Source: Candidatus Fervidifonticultor sextus (GTDB lineage Bacteria; Sysuimicrobiota; Sysuimicrobiia; Sysuimicrobiales; Humicultoraceae). Taken from it: 64,000 bases of DNA. Numbering within the stretch: the first letter of the stretch is position 1; every line of letters begins with the position of its first letter. A program made the position numbers and the translations under genes. Positions 54,660 through 64,000 of the stretch are shown here, in pieces. The notes below the pieces were generated by a model. The model was not told the DNA's origin and made no database searches. It saw nothing but the letters and a program-made list of their open reading frames with translations. The stretch spans positions 32,001-96,000 of the forward strand of contig JAVKHQ010000004.1 in assembly GCA_031459875.1 (NCBI GenBank), in the 5' to 3' direction.

Positions 54660-56171
54660 ATGTGGTGGCGTACGCGGTGGCACCGATGGATCGTCGTCGC
54701 GGCCGTCCTGGGCCTGCTGGTCCCGCCGTCGGCGGCCCAGGCCCCGATCACCCTGACCTTCATGCACTTCAACGACGTCTACCAGCTGGGTCCCGTAGAC
54801 GGGGGCAGGGCGGGAGGCCTCGACCGGCTCGCCTTCGAGATCAAGCGCATCCGCGCCGCCGATCCCCAGGCGCAGCTGCTCTTTTCGGGCGACCTGATCT
54901 CGCCGTCGCTGGAGTCGTCGGTCTTCAATAAGGGGGCCCAGATGATCGAAGGGGCCAACGCGCTGGGCATCGACGCGGCGACGCTGGGCAACCACGAGTT
55001 CGACCACGGCCCCGACGTCCTGCAGCAGCGGCTGGCCGAATCCACCTTCCCCTGGATCGTGACGAACCTCTACCAGGCCGACTTCTCCCGCGTGCCCCGC
55101 ACGCGGTTGGTGCTGATCAAGCCCGTCCGGGGCGTCGTCGTCGGCTACTTCGGGCTGCTCACCCGGGACACGCTGATCTCCTCCAGCCCGGGGCCGAACA
55201 TCCGCATCGTGGACGAACTCGGGACCGCGCGCGGCGTCCTGCCGGTCCTGCAGCGCGGAGGCGCCCGGGTCGTCGTGGGGGTCACGCACCTCCCCATGGC
55301 CCTGGACCAGCAGATCCTGCGCGAGGTACCCGGCATCCACTTCATCGCCGGCGGCCACGACCACGACCCGATGCGGGCGACGGTGGGCGGCGCCCTGGTC
55401 GCCAAGGCCGGCTCCGACGCCAGGTGGCTGGGCGTCGTCCGCCTGCAGGTGACGCCTGACGGCCGCCTGCTCGGGCTGCGCGACCAACTCATTCCCATTA
55501 CGGATCAGACCCCTGCCGACCCGGAGGTCGCGGCCATCGTCAAGAAGTATGCCGACCGGTTGAGCCGGGAGATGGACGTGGTCATCGGCCGGACCACGGT
55601 GCCGCTGGATGCCCGCAACGTCACCGTGCGGACGGCCGAGGCGCCCCTGGGCAACTTCATCGCCGACGTGATGCGCCGGGCTGCAGACGCCGACGTCGCC
55701 ATCACCAACGGCGGCGGGATCCGGACCAACGCCATCTTCCCGGCAGGCGAGATCAGACGCCGGGACGTGCTGGCCTGGCTGCCCTTCGGCAACGTCGTGG
55801 TGAAGGTGCGGATGACCGGCGCGGCGATCCGCGCGGCGCTGGAGAACGGCGTCAGCCAGGTGGAAGGCCTCAGCGGCCGGTTTCCCCAGGTCTCGGGCCT
55901 GGCCTTCACCTTCAGCCGCAGCCGGCCGCCGGGGGCGCGCGTCGTCTCGGTCACGGTCGGCGGGCGGCCGCTGGATCCGGACGCCCTCTACACGGTGGCG
56001 ACCAACGACTTCATGCGCCGGGGAGGGGACGGTTACGAGACCATCAAGAGCGCCGAGGTCGTCATCGATGAGGCCGGCGGACCGGTCATGGCCACCATCG
56101 TGGCGCAGGCGATCCAGCAGGACGGGGCCATCAGCCCCCGCGTGGAGGGCCGCATCACCGTCACGCCGTAG
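54660..56171 (+). CDS. Secreted bifunctional metallophosphatase / 5'-nucleotidase
   Basis: HFNDVY, SGD, LGNHEFD, GGHDH, E..LGN..AD, N.GGIR, LPFGN, GRFPQVSG, GGDGY. Confidence 0.93.
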   Translation: MWWRTRWHRWIVVAAVLGLLVPPSAAQAPITLTFMHFNDVYQLGPVDGGRAGGLDRLAFEIKRIRAADPQAQLLFSGDLISPSLESSVFNKGAQMIEGANALGIDAATLGNHEFDHGPDVLQQRLAESTFPWIVTNLYQADFSRVPRTRLVLIKPVRGVVVGYFGLLTRDTLISSSPGPNIRIVDELGTARGVLPVLQRGGARVVVGVTHLPMALDQQILREVPGIHFIAGGHDHDPMRATVGGALVAKAGSDARWLGVVRLQVTPDGRLLGLRDQLIPITDQTPADPEVAAIVKKYADRLSREMDVVIGRTTVPLDARNVTVRTAEAPLGNFIADVMRRAADADVAITNGGGIRTNAIFPAGEIRRRDVLAWLPFGNVVVKVRMTGAAIRAALENGVSQVEGLSGRFPQVSGLAFTFSRSRPPGARVVSVTVGGRPLDPDALYTVATNDFMRRGGDGYETIKSAEVVIDEAGGPVMATIVAQAIQQDGAISPRVEGRITVTP

Positions 56172-56192
56172 CCCTCGGCGCGGCAGCAGGCC

Positions 56193-56666
56193 TCAGGGCC
56201 GGGCCGCCTGCCCGGTGAGGGCATCCAGCACCTCCTCGACGTGCCCCTCCACGCGGACCCGGGGAAAGATACGGGTGATCACGCCTCGCTCGTCGATGAT
56301 GAACGTGGTGCGCGCGGTGCCCATGGAGGTCCGGCCGTAGCGGCTCTTCCTGACCCAGACGCCGTAGGCCCGGACGATTTTGCGCTCGGGGTCGGCCAGC
56401 AGCGGGAAGGGCAGGCCGTGTTTCTCCTTGAACCGCGCATGCGAGGCGGCAGTGTCGGTGCTGACCCCCAGCACCACGGCGCCGCGATCCTGGATCGCAC
56501 GGTAGTGGTCGCGGAGGGCGCACGCTTCCTTCGTGCAGCCCGGCGTGTCGTCTCTGGGATAGAAGTAGAGGACGACCTTCCGCCCCCGGAAGTCCCGCAA
56601 CGAGACCGTCTTGCCCTCATCGGTGATGGCGGTGAACTCCGGGGCCCGGTCTCCCACCTTCAGCAT
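56193..56666 (-). CDS. bcp: Thioredoxin-dependent thiol peroxidase (Bcp)
   Basis: [38 protein letters not shown]. Confidence 0.95.
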   Translation of the reverse strand: MLKVGDRAPEFTAITDEGKTVSLRDFRGRKVVLYFYPRDDTPGCTKEACALRDHYRAIQDRGAVVLGVSTDTAASHARFKEKHGLPFPLLADPERKIVRAYGVWVRKSRYGRTSMGTARTTFIIDERGVITRIFPRVRVEGHVEEVLDALTGQAARP

Positions 56667-56711
56667 AGTGTCCTCCTTCGACCGCCCGCCGCCGGCATCG
56701 CCGCGCGGGCG

Positions 56712-57608
56712 TCACCGGGTGAGCAGGCCTTCCAGCGCAGCCCGCAATCCGGTCCAGCGGAACGCGAACCCCTGCGCCTGCAGCTTCGCAGGGACCACCC
56801 GCTGGCTGGCCAGGACCATCTCGTCGGCCATCGCCCCCAGCACCAGCCGCAAGGCGAACGCCGGGGCCGGCAGCACCGCCGGGCGGCGCAGCACCGCCGC
56901 CAGGGTCCTGGCGAACTCGCGGTTGGTCACGGGCGTCGGTCCGACGACGTTGACCGGCCCGGCCAGCGCCGGGTTCTGGATGGCCGCCAGGATCGCCGCC
57001 ACCGCGTCGTCGAGATGGATCCAGGACCACCACTGCCGGCCGGCGCCCAGCGGCCCGCCCAGTCCCATCCGAAAAAGCGGCACGAGCGGCGCGAGCGCGC
57101 CGCCCTCCCGCGCCAGGACGAGCCCGAAGCGGGTGCAGACGACCCGCACCCCCCGCTCCTCGGCGCGACGGGCCTCCGCTTCCCAGGCCCGTGTCACGTC
57201 CGCCAGGAATCCCCGGCCGGGCGGCGACGACTCGTCGAGCACCTCGTCGCCGCGATCGCCGTAGTAGCCGATCGCCGAGGCGGAGACCAGGACCGACGGC
57301 CGCGCGTCGGCTCGCCTGAGCGTGTCCACGAGGAGGCGGGTGGAACGGACGCGGCTCTCGAGGATCTCGGACCGCGTCCGGGCCGTCCACCGGCCCCTGG
57401 CAATGCTGCGGCCCGCCAGGTTGACGACGGCGCTCGCGCCCTCGAACACGCCCGGATCGAGATACCCGGTCTGGGGATCCCAGGCGATCTCGTCAGGCCC
57501 CACGGGAGGCCGGGCCAGGCGCGCCACCTCCACGCCCTGCGCGCGCAGGACCGCGACCAGCGCCGTGCCAATCATGCCCGAAGCCCCCGCGATGACGATG
57601 CGCCGCAT
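56712..57608 (-). CDS. TIGR01777 family NAD-dependent oxidoreductase (YfcH-like)
   Basis: GASGMIG, VVNLAG, SASAIGYYG, GLGG.LG.G.QW.SWIH.DD, GPVN, SQRVVP. Confidence 0.93.
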   Translation of the reverse strand: MRRIVIAGASGMIGTALVAVLRAQGVEVARLARPPVGPDEIAWDPQTGYLDPGVFEGASAVVNLAGRSIARGRWTARTRSEILESRVRSTRLLVDTLRRADARPSVLVSASAIGYYGDRGDEVLDESSPPGRGFLADVTRAWEAEARRAEERGVRVVCTRFGLVLAREGGALAPLVPLFRMGLGGPLGAGRQWWSWIHLDDAVAAILAAIQNPALAGPVNVVGPTPVTNREFARTLAAVLRRPAVLPAPAFALRLVLGAMADEMVLASQRVVPAKLQAQGFAFRWTGLRAALEGLLTR

Positions 57609-57845
57609 CGAGGCTCCCGCTGCGAACCGGGGTGGCTGGCAAGAAGAATCTCCGTTCCCCCATGCCTTTCGGCGATTGGGAAGACCTCTCCTGGCCCTCC
57701 GGCTCCTGCGCGGTGGCCCGCATCAGGCCGCGACCCGATGTAGGATCACCACGGCATCCATAGAGTGTGAAATGGGCAGACGCGCCTACCCAAGTGGAGG
57801 GGTGTCGAGTGTCCTGTCTATCGCCTGGGCAAGGGAGGGATCGAG

Positions 57846-59012
57846 ATGCGCAGCACGCTCGGGCGGCTGACTGTCATGGCCGCCTTGCTCATGGTCGTGG
57901 TCGCGGTGCCGGCTGCGCTGGGCCAGGTCCCGACCATCAAGATCGGCTTCTTCGCGCCGCTGACGGGTCCGGCGGCGCCCGACGGGACCAGTTCCCGCAA
58001 CGGAGCCCAGATGGCCGTCGACGAGATCAACGCGGCCGGCGGCGTGCTCGGTCGTCCCTTGGGGCTGGTGGTCTATGACGACCGGCTGTCGGCCAGCGAG
58101 GCCGTAGCCATCGCCCACCGGTTGATCGAGCGCGACCGGGTCGTGGCGGTGGTGGCCGGTTCCTACAGCGGGCCCACCCGGGCCACCGCGCCGATCTTCC
58201 AGAGCGCAGGGATTCCCACCGTCGCCGCCTACGCCGTCCACCCGGACATCACCAAGGCCGGCGATTACGTGTTCCGCAACAGCTTCCTGGGAACGATCCA
58301 GGGCAAGGCCGGCGCGTATCTGGCGGCCAGGATCCTCAACGCGAAGACCGCCTCGATCCTGGTCATGGACATCGACTTCGGACGGGCGCTGGCCTCGGGG
58401 TTTAGGACCCAGGCCGCGGCCTACGGGCTGCGGATCGTCTCCGAGGACACCTATCCCCTCGGGGAAAAGGAGTTCGCGCCGCTGCTGACCAAGATCAAGG
58501 GATTGAACCCCGACGTCATCTATGCCACGGCGTACTTCGCCGAAGCCGCACAGATCGTCCGGCAGGCGAAGGCGCTGGGGATCACCAGCAGGATCATCGG
58601 TCAGGAGGGCTACGACTCTCCCAAGTTCCTCGAACTGGCCGGACCGGCTGCGGAGGGGGTCATCATCACCACCAACCTCAACCGGGACGACACCCGGCCG
58701 GTGGCGCAGCAGTTCCTCGGTCGCTACAAGGCCCGGTTTGGGATCGACGCGGACATGGTCGGCGCCTCCAGCTACGATGCGGTGCGGATCATTGCCGCCG
58801 CCATCGAGAAGGCGGGCGTGGTCTCGCCGCCGCGGATCCGCGACCAGATCTACCGCATTGCGAACTTCGACGGCGTCACCGGGATCATCCGGGGCTACAA
58901 CAAACTGGGCGAGGTCCTCAAGACGGTGCAGGTGCAGATCGTCAGGGAGGGCCGCTTCAGGTACTTCGCGGTCATCGACGACCCGGCAGTGATCACGCCG
59001 CCGACGGAGTAG
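57846..59012 (+). CDS. Branched-chain/HAAT-type ABC transporter substrate-binding protein
   Basis: Signal peptide, IKIG...PLTG..A, AVDEINAAGGVLG, YVFR, YDAV, F.GVTG. Confidence 0.92.
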   Translation: MRSTLGRLTVMAALLMVVVAVPAALGQVPTIKIGFFAPLTGPAAPDGTSSRNGAQMAVDEINAAGGVLGRPLGLVVYDDRLSASEAVAIAHRLIERDRVVAVVAGSYSGPTRATAPIFQSAGIPTVAAYAVHPDITKAGDYVFRNSFLGTIQGKAGAYLAARILNAKTASILVMDIDFGRALASGFRTQAAAYGLRIVSEDTYPLGEKEFAPLLTKIKGLNPDVIYATAYFAEAAQIVRQAKALGITSRIIGQEGYDSPKFLELAGPAAEGVIITTNLNRDDTRPVAQQFLGRYKARFGIDADMVGASSYDAVRIIAAAIEKAGVVSPPRIRDQIYRIANFDGVTGIIRGYNKLGEVLKTVQVQIVREGRFRYFAVIDDPAVITPPTE

Positions 59013-59018
59013 TCGCCA

Positions 59019-59057
59019 GGGGAGGCGGGGCACGGCGGCTCTGCCCCGCCTCTCCCC
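59019..59057 (+). other. Intercistronic stem-loop after the HAAT SBP gene
   Basis: GGGGAGGCGGGGCA...TGCCCCGCCTCTCCCC. Confidence 0.6.
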
Positions 59058-59067
59058 ACTCCGCCCG

Positions 59068-59931
59068 ATGATCGGGTTCTGGCAGCAACTTATCAACGGC
59101 GTCACCGTCGGCAGCACCTACGCCCTGATCGCCCTGGGCCTGGCCATGGTCTACGGCGTGCTGCGCATCCTCCACATTGCGCACGCCGGGGTCTTCACCC
59201 TGGGAGCCTATGTGGGGCTGGTGCTGCACGCGCGGACCGCCAGCCTGCCCACGGCGTTCCTGGGTGCCATGCTGGCCTGTGGGGTTGCCGGCGTCCTGAT
59301 CCAGCGCTGGCTCTACCGGCCGCTACTGAACCAGCCGCGGATCGTTCCCCTCATTGCCAGCATCGGCCTGTTCATCTTCATGGAGGACCTGTTCCGGCTG
59401 CTGGCCGGGCCCTACGTCCTGGCCTTCCGCCTCGATGCCGAGGTCCGGCCGCTGGAGATCGCGGGCGCCGCCGTCACCGGTGTCCAGGTCATGACGCTGA
59501 TCGTGACGGCCGTGCTGCTGGGCGCAGTCTGGCTGCTGGTGGGGAAGACGTGGCTGGGGCTGGGATGGCGCGCGGCGGCGCAGGACCTGGGGATGGCCGC
59601 AGCGGTGGGCGTGAACGCGCACCGCGTCGTCGCCCTCAACTTCGCCTTCGGCTCGGCCGTGGCGGGGGCAGCCGGGGTGTTGATCGGCGCGCTCTACAAC
59701 GCCGTCTACCCCACGATGGGCAGCGTCCCCGCCTACAAGGCGCTGGCCGTGATCGTGCTGGGCGGACTGGGAAACGTGTGGGGCACCGTCGTGGCCGGGG
59801 TGCTGCTGGGGCTGGTGGAGACGTTCCTGGTGGGAATCGTCGGCGGTCTGCTGCCCCGCGACTCGATCGCCTTCGTCGCCCTGATCCTGATGCTGCTGTT
59901 CCGGCCCACCGGACTGTTCGGGGAGCGCTAG
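59068..59931 (+). CDS. livH: HAAT ABC transporter permease (LivH-like)
   Basis: QQLING...GS.YALIALGL..VYG, AHAG, VLGGLG, FRPTGLFG. Confidence 0.9.
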   Translation: MIGFWQQLINGVTVGSTYALIALGLAMVYGVLRILHIAHAGVFTLGAYVGLVLHARTASLPTAFLGAMLACGVAGVLIQRWLYRPLLNQPRIVPLIASIGLFIFMEDLFRLLAGPYVLAFRLDAEVRPLEIAGAAVTGVQVMTLIVTAVLLGAVWLLVGKTWLGLGWRAAAQDLGMAAAVGVNAHRVVALNFAFGSAVAGAAGVLIGALYNAVYPTMGSVPAYKALAVIVLGGLGNVWGTVVAGVLLGLVETFLVGIVGGLLPRDSIAFVALILMLLFRPTGLFGER

Positions 59932-59935
59932 GCGC

Positions 59936-60868
59936 ATGCCGGAGGTCGGGCTGTACTACTACACGCTGGGCATCACGGTCGGGATCTGGATGATCCTGGT
60001 CATGGGCCAGAACATCATCACGGGATACGCGGGCCAGATCTCCCTGGGGCATGCCGCCTTCTTCGGGGTGGGCGCCTACGCCTCTGCGGTGTTGAGCACC
60101 ACGTACGGGGTCGTCTTCTGGCTGGCCCTGCCGGCCAGCGTGCTCATCACGGCGGTCGTGGGGGCCCTTCTGGGATCGGTCAGCCTGCGCCTGCGTCACG
60201 ACTTCCTGGCCATCACCACCATCGGGATCAACTTCGTGGTGGTCTCGGTGTTCCTGTACTCGGAGTACTTCGGCGGGTCGCTGGGTATCGGCGGCATCCC
60301 CCTCCCCCGGGCGATGGGCGTGGTGTTCACCAAGCCCCTCTACCTGGGCCTCGTGGTGGCGGCCCTGGGCCTGGCCGCCGCCGCGGACCGGCTGCTCAAG
60401 CGGTCCTGGCTGGGGCTGAGCCTGGAGGCCATCCGCGAGGAGGAGACGGCCGCCGCGGCCTCGGGGCTGAACGTGAGCGCGCTGAAGATCACGGCCTTTG
60501 CGGTGGGCACCGGCTACGCGGGCCTGGCCGGCAGCCTGTACGCGCACTTCATGACCTTCATCAGCCCGCACGACTTCGCGTTCCCGGTCTCCATCACGAT
60601 CCTGTGCATGGCGGTGCTCGGCGGTCTGGGGACGCTGCGAGGCGCCCTGGTGGGTGCGCTGCTGCTGGGCCTGGCGCCCGAACTGTTCCGCTTCCTGAGG
60701 GACTACCGCATGCTCACCTACGGCGCGCTGCTAGTGCTGCTGATGCGCTACCTGCCCTCGGGCCTGCTGGGGGATGCCAGCCCGCTCTGGCAGCGGCTGA
60801 TCACGCGCCCGCGCGGTGTGCGCGGAGGGGTCGCCTATGGCGGTGCTGTCGATCCGCCAGGTCTTTAA
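59936..60868 (+). CDS. livM: HAAT ABC transporter permease (LivM-like)
   Basis: GYAGQISLGHAAFFGVGAY, LRL..D.LAI.T, AIRE.E.AA...G, VLGGLG, P.GL. Confidence 0.9.
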   Translation: MPEVGLYYYTLGITVGIWMILVMGQNIITGYAGQISLGHAAFFGVGAYASAVLSTTYGVVFWLALPASVLITAVVGALLGSVSLRLRHDFLAITTIGINFVVVSVFLYSEYFGGSLGIGGIPLPRAMGVVFTKPLYLGLVVAALGLAAAADRLLKRSWLGLSLEAIREEETAAAASGLNVSALKITAFAVGTGYAGLAGSLYAHFMTFISPHDFAFPVSITILCMAVLGGLGTLRGALVGALLLGLAPELFRFLRDYRMLTYGALLVLLMRYLPSGLLGDASPLWQRLITRPRGVRGGVAYGGAVDPPGL

Positions 60869-61584
60869 GCACTTCGACGGCGTCGCGGCCCTGCGGGGGG
60901 TGAGCCTCGACGTTGAGGCGGGGGAGATCCTGGGCCTCATCGGTCCCAACGGTGCCGGGAAGACGACGCTGTTCAACGTGATCAGCGGGGTCTTTCCGCC
61001 GTCGGCCGGGGCCGTGCTCTACGAGGGCCGGCCGATCCACGGGCTGCCGGCGCATGCGGTCGCCAGAATGGGCATCGGCCGCACCTTTCAGATCCCGCGG
61101 CCTTTTGCGGATCTCAGCGTCCTGCGCAACGTGCTGGTGGCGCTGGGGCACCGGGCGGTGCAGCACCCGCTGACTGCGTTGCGACCCTGCGAGCAGGCCG
61201 AGGCGCTCGCAGAGGCCCACCGCATCCTGTCGCGGGTCGGGTTGAGCGAGCACGAGGCCACGCCCGCCCGGTTCCTGCCGCTGGGGCTGCAGCGGCACCT
61301 GGAAGTGGCGCGGGCCCTGGCGCTGCGCCCCCGGCTGCTCCTGCTGGACGAGCCCACCGCCGGGGTGAGCGGCCGCGAGGCAGACGCCATGATGGCGCTC
61401 GTCCGCCAGCTCCGAGACGAAGGGCTGACGTGTGTGCTGGTGGAGCACAACATGCGCGTGGCCATGGGGCTGTGCAGGCGGATTGCGGTCCTCCACTACG
61501 GCGAGAAGATCAGCGAGGGGCCCCCGGAGGCGGTGGCGCGGGACCCCCGGGTCATCGAGGCGTACCTGGGCACGGAGGACGAAC

Positions 61585-61598
<14 letters not shown>
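60837..61598 (+). CDS. livG: HAAT ABC transporter ATP-binding protein (LivG-like)
   Basis: GPNGAGKTTLFN, GIGRTFQ, LLLDEP.AG, VEHNM, VIEAYLG. Confidence 0.9.
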
Positions 61599-62292
<694 letters not shown>

Positions 62293-62319
62293 ACACCGGC
62301 AGAAGGGGAGGAGTCGCCC

Positions 62320-63987
62320 ATGGCTGACGGCGTGCAGCACCGCGTGATCCGCGCCCCGCGCGGCACCGCCATCTCCTGCCGGGGGTGGCCGCAGGAGGCC
62401 GCGCTGCGCATGCTGATGAACAACCTGGACCCCGAGGTCGCCGAGAGGCCAGACGAACTCATCGTCTACGGCGGCACGGGCAAGGCCGCCCGGGACTGGG
62501 CCGCCTTCGACGCGCTGGTCGCGTCGCTGCGCGCCCTGGGAGGCGACGAGACGCTGCTGGTGCAGTCGGGCAAACCGGTCGGGGTCTTCCGCACCCACGA
62601 GTGGGCGCCGCGGGTGGTGATCAGCAACAGCATGCTGGTGCCGGCCTGGGCCACCTGGGAACACTTCTGGGAGTACGAGGCCAAAGGGCTGACCATGTTC
62701 GGCCAGATGACGGCCGGCTCGTGGATCTACATCGGCACCCAGGGCATCCTTCAGGGCACCTACGAGACGTTCGCGGCGGTCGCCCGCCAGCACTTCAGGG
62801 GGTCGCTGGCGGGCCGGCTGGTGCTGACCGCCGGCCTCGGCGGGATGGGCGGTGCGCAGCCGATGGCCATCACCATGAATGAAGGAGTCGCGCTGGTGGT
62901 CGAGGTGGATCCGGCGCGCATCTACCGGCGGAAGTCCCAGGGGTGGGTGGACCGGACGACGGACTCGCTGGACGAGGCACTGATCTGGGTGGAAGGGGCG
63001 CGGCGGGCGCGGACGCCGCTGTCGGTGGCCCTGCTGGGCAATGCCGCCGACGTCGTCCCCGAGATCGCGCGCCGCGGCGTGCCCGTCGACGTCGTCACCG
63101 ACCAGACCTCCGCTCACGACCCGCTGGGCGGCTACATCCCCTCCGGCGTCGGCCCCGAAGAGGCGCCGCGCCTCCGGGCGGAGGATCCGGCAGGATACGT
63201 ACAGCGCTCCCGCGCCTCCATGGCCCGCCACTGCCACGCCATCGTGCGGCTGATGCGCGCCGGGGCGGTGGCCTTCGACTACGGCAACAACCTCCGCGGC
63301 CAGGCGAGGGAGGGCGGCTTCGCCGACGCCTTTGCCTACCCGGGGTTCGTCCAGGCCTACATCCGGCCGCTGTTCTGCGAGGGCAAGGGACCCTTCCGCT
63401 GGGTCGCCCTCTCCGGCGATCCGGCCGACATCGCCGCCACCGACGAGGTCATCCTGCGGCTGTTCCCCGACGACGCGGCCCTGGGTCGCTGGATCCGACT
63501 GGCGCAGGACCGCGTGCCCTTCCAGGGCCTGCCAGCCCGCATCTGCTGGCTGGGCTACGGCGAGCGCGCGCGGGCCGGGCTGGCGTTCAACGACCTGGTG
63601 CGCACCGGGCAGGTTGCCGCGCCAATCGTGATCGGTCGAGACCACCTGGACGCCGGGTCGGTGGCCTCGCCGCTGCGCGAGACCGAGGGGATGCTGGACG
63701 GGTCCGACGCCATCGCCGACTGGCCGATCCTCAATGCGCTGGTGAACACCTGCGCCGGCGCGACCTGGGTGGCGGTCCACCACGGCGGCGGCGTGGGGAT
63801 CGGGTACTCGATCCACGCCGGGCAGGTGAGCGTCGCCGACGGGACTGAGCTCGCCGCCCGGAAGCTCGAACGGGTCCTGACCACCGACCCCGGCACGGGG
63901 ATCATCCGGCACGCCGATGCGGGATACGAGCGCGCGCGCCAGGTCGCCCGCGAGCGCGGCGTGCGCATCCCGTCGCTGGAGGCCTGA
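62320..63987 (+). CDS. hutU: Urocanate hydratase
   Basis: [87 protein letters not shown]. Confidence 0.97.
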   Translation: MADGVQHRVIRAPRGTAISCRGWPQEAALRMLMNNLDPEVAERPDELIVYGGTGKAARDWAAFDALVASLRALGGDETLLVQSGKPVGVFRTHEWAPRVVISNSMLVPAWATWEHFWEYEAKGLTMFGQMTAGSWIYIGTQGILQGTYETFAAVARQHFRGSLAGRLVLTAGLGGMGGAQPMAITMNEGVALVVEVDPARIYRRKSQGWVDRTTDSLDEALIWVEGARRARTPLSVALLGNAADVVPEIARRGVPVDVVTDQTSAHDPLGGYIPSGVGPEEAPRLRAEDPAGYVQRSRASMARHCHAIVRLMRAGAVAFDYGNNLRGQAREGGFADAFAYPGFVQAYIRPLFCEGKGPFRWVALSGDPADIAATDEVILRLFPDDAALGRWIRLAQDRVPFQGLPARICWLGYGERARAGLAFNDLVRTGQVAAPIVIGRDHLDAGSVASPLRETEGMLDGSDAIADWPILNALVNTCAGATWVAVHHGGGVGIGYSIHAGQVSVADGTELAARKLERVLTTDPGTGIIRHADAGYERARQVARERGVRIPSLEA

Positions 63988-64000
63988 GGTTCCCGCCCGA

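Noticed and set aside
57760..57845. HutR/HutC operator or riboswitch upstream of the liv-hutU operon (GTGTGAAATGGGCAGAC)
   Set aside because: Only a loose, mis-spaced resemblance to the IclR-type HutR palindrome, and no regulator gene in view.

Overview
A high-GC (about 70%), gene-dense bacterial chromosomal segment with about 62 protein-coding genes, one tRNA-Phe(GAA) and one tryptophan T-box riboswitch. I saw no CRISPR array, prophage or IS element. Gene content points to a peptide- and amino-acid-scavenging heterotroph, tentatively Armatimonadota/CSP1-3-like (an impression, not a computed placement). It encodes an Fe3+ ABC importer, two ATPase-less peptide ABC cassettes, a Liv-type ABC importer with hutU, many peptidases (S41, two M20, M17, M14, and a broken M28), a three-gene NAD(P) transhydrogenase, and a glycolate/glyoxylate module. 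Highlights: (1) a tightly coupled operon, fbpABC-lipB-cysO-SbnI/SerK-like serine kinase-cysM, whose promoter is covered by two DtxR-type boxes. It suggests a route from free serine to O-phosphoserine to cysteine via a sulfur carrier, and possibly also feeds a T-box-controlled TrpB2 10 kb away. (2) An M28 peptidase gene that is internally scrambled: about 150 bp of its coding sequence lies inverted between microhomology junctions, with deletions. (3) A DtxR variant lacking both ancillary-site histidines, coupled to a Fur/PerR gene. (4) A likely ATC-initiated orphan membrane protein followed by an orphan LexA box. All family assignments are from motif recognition by eye; no database search was run.
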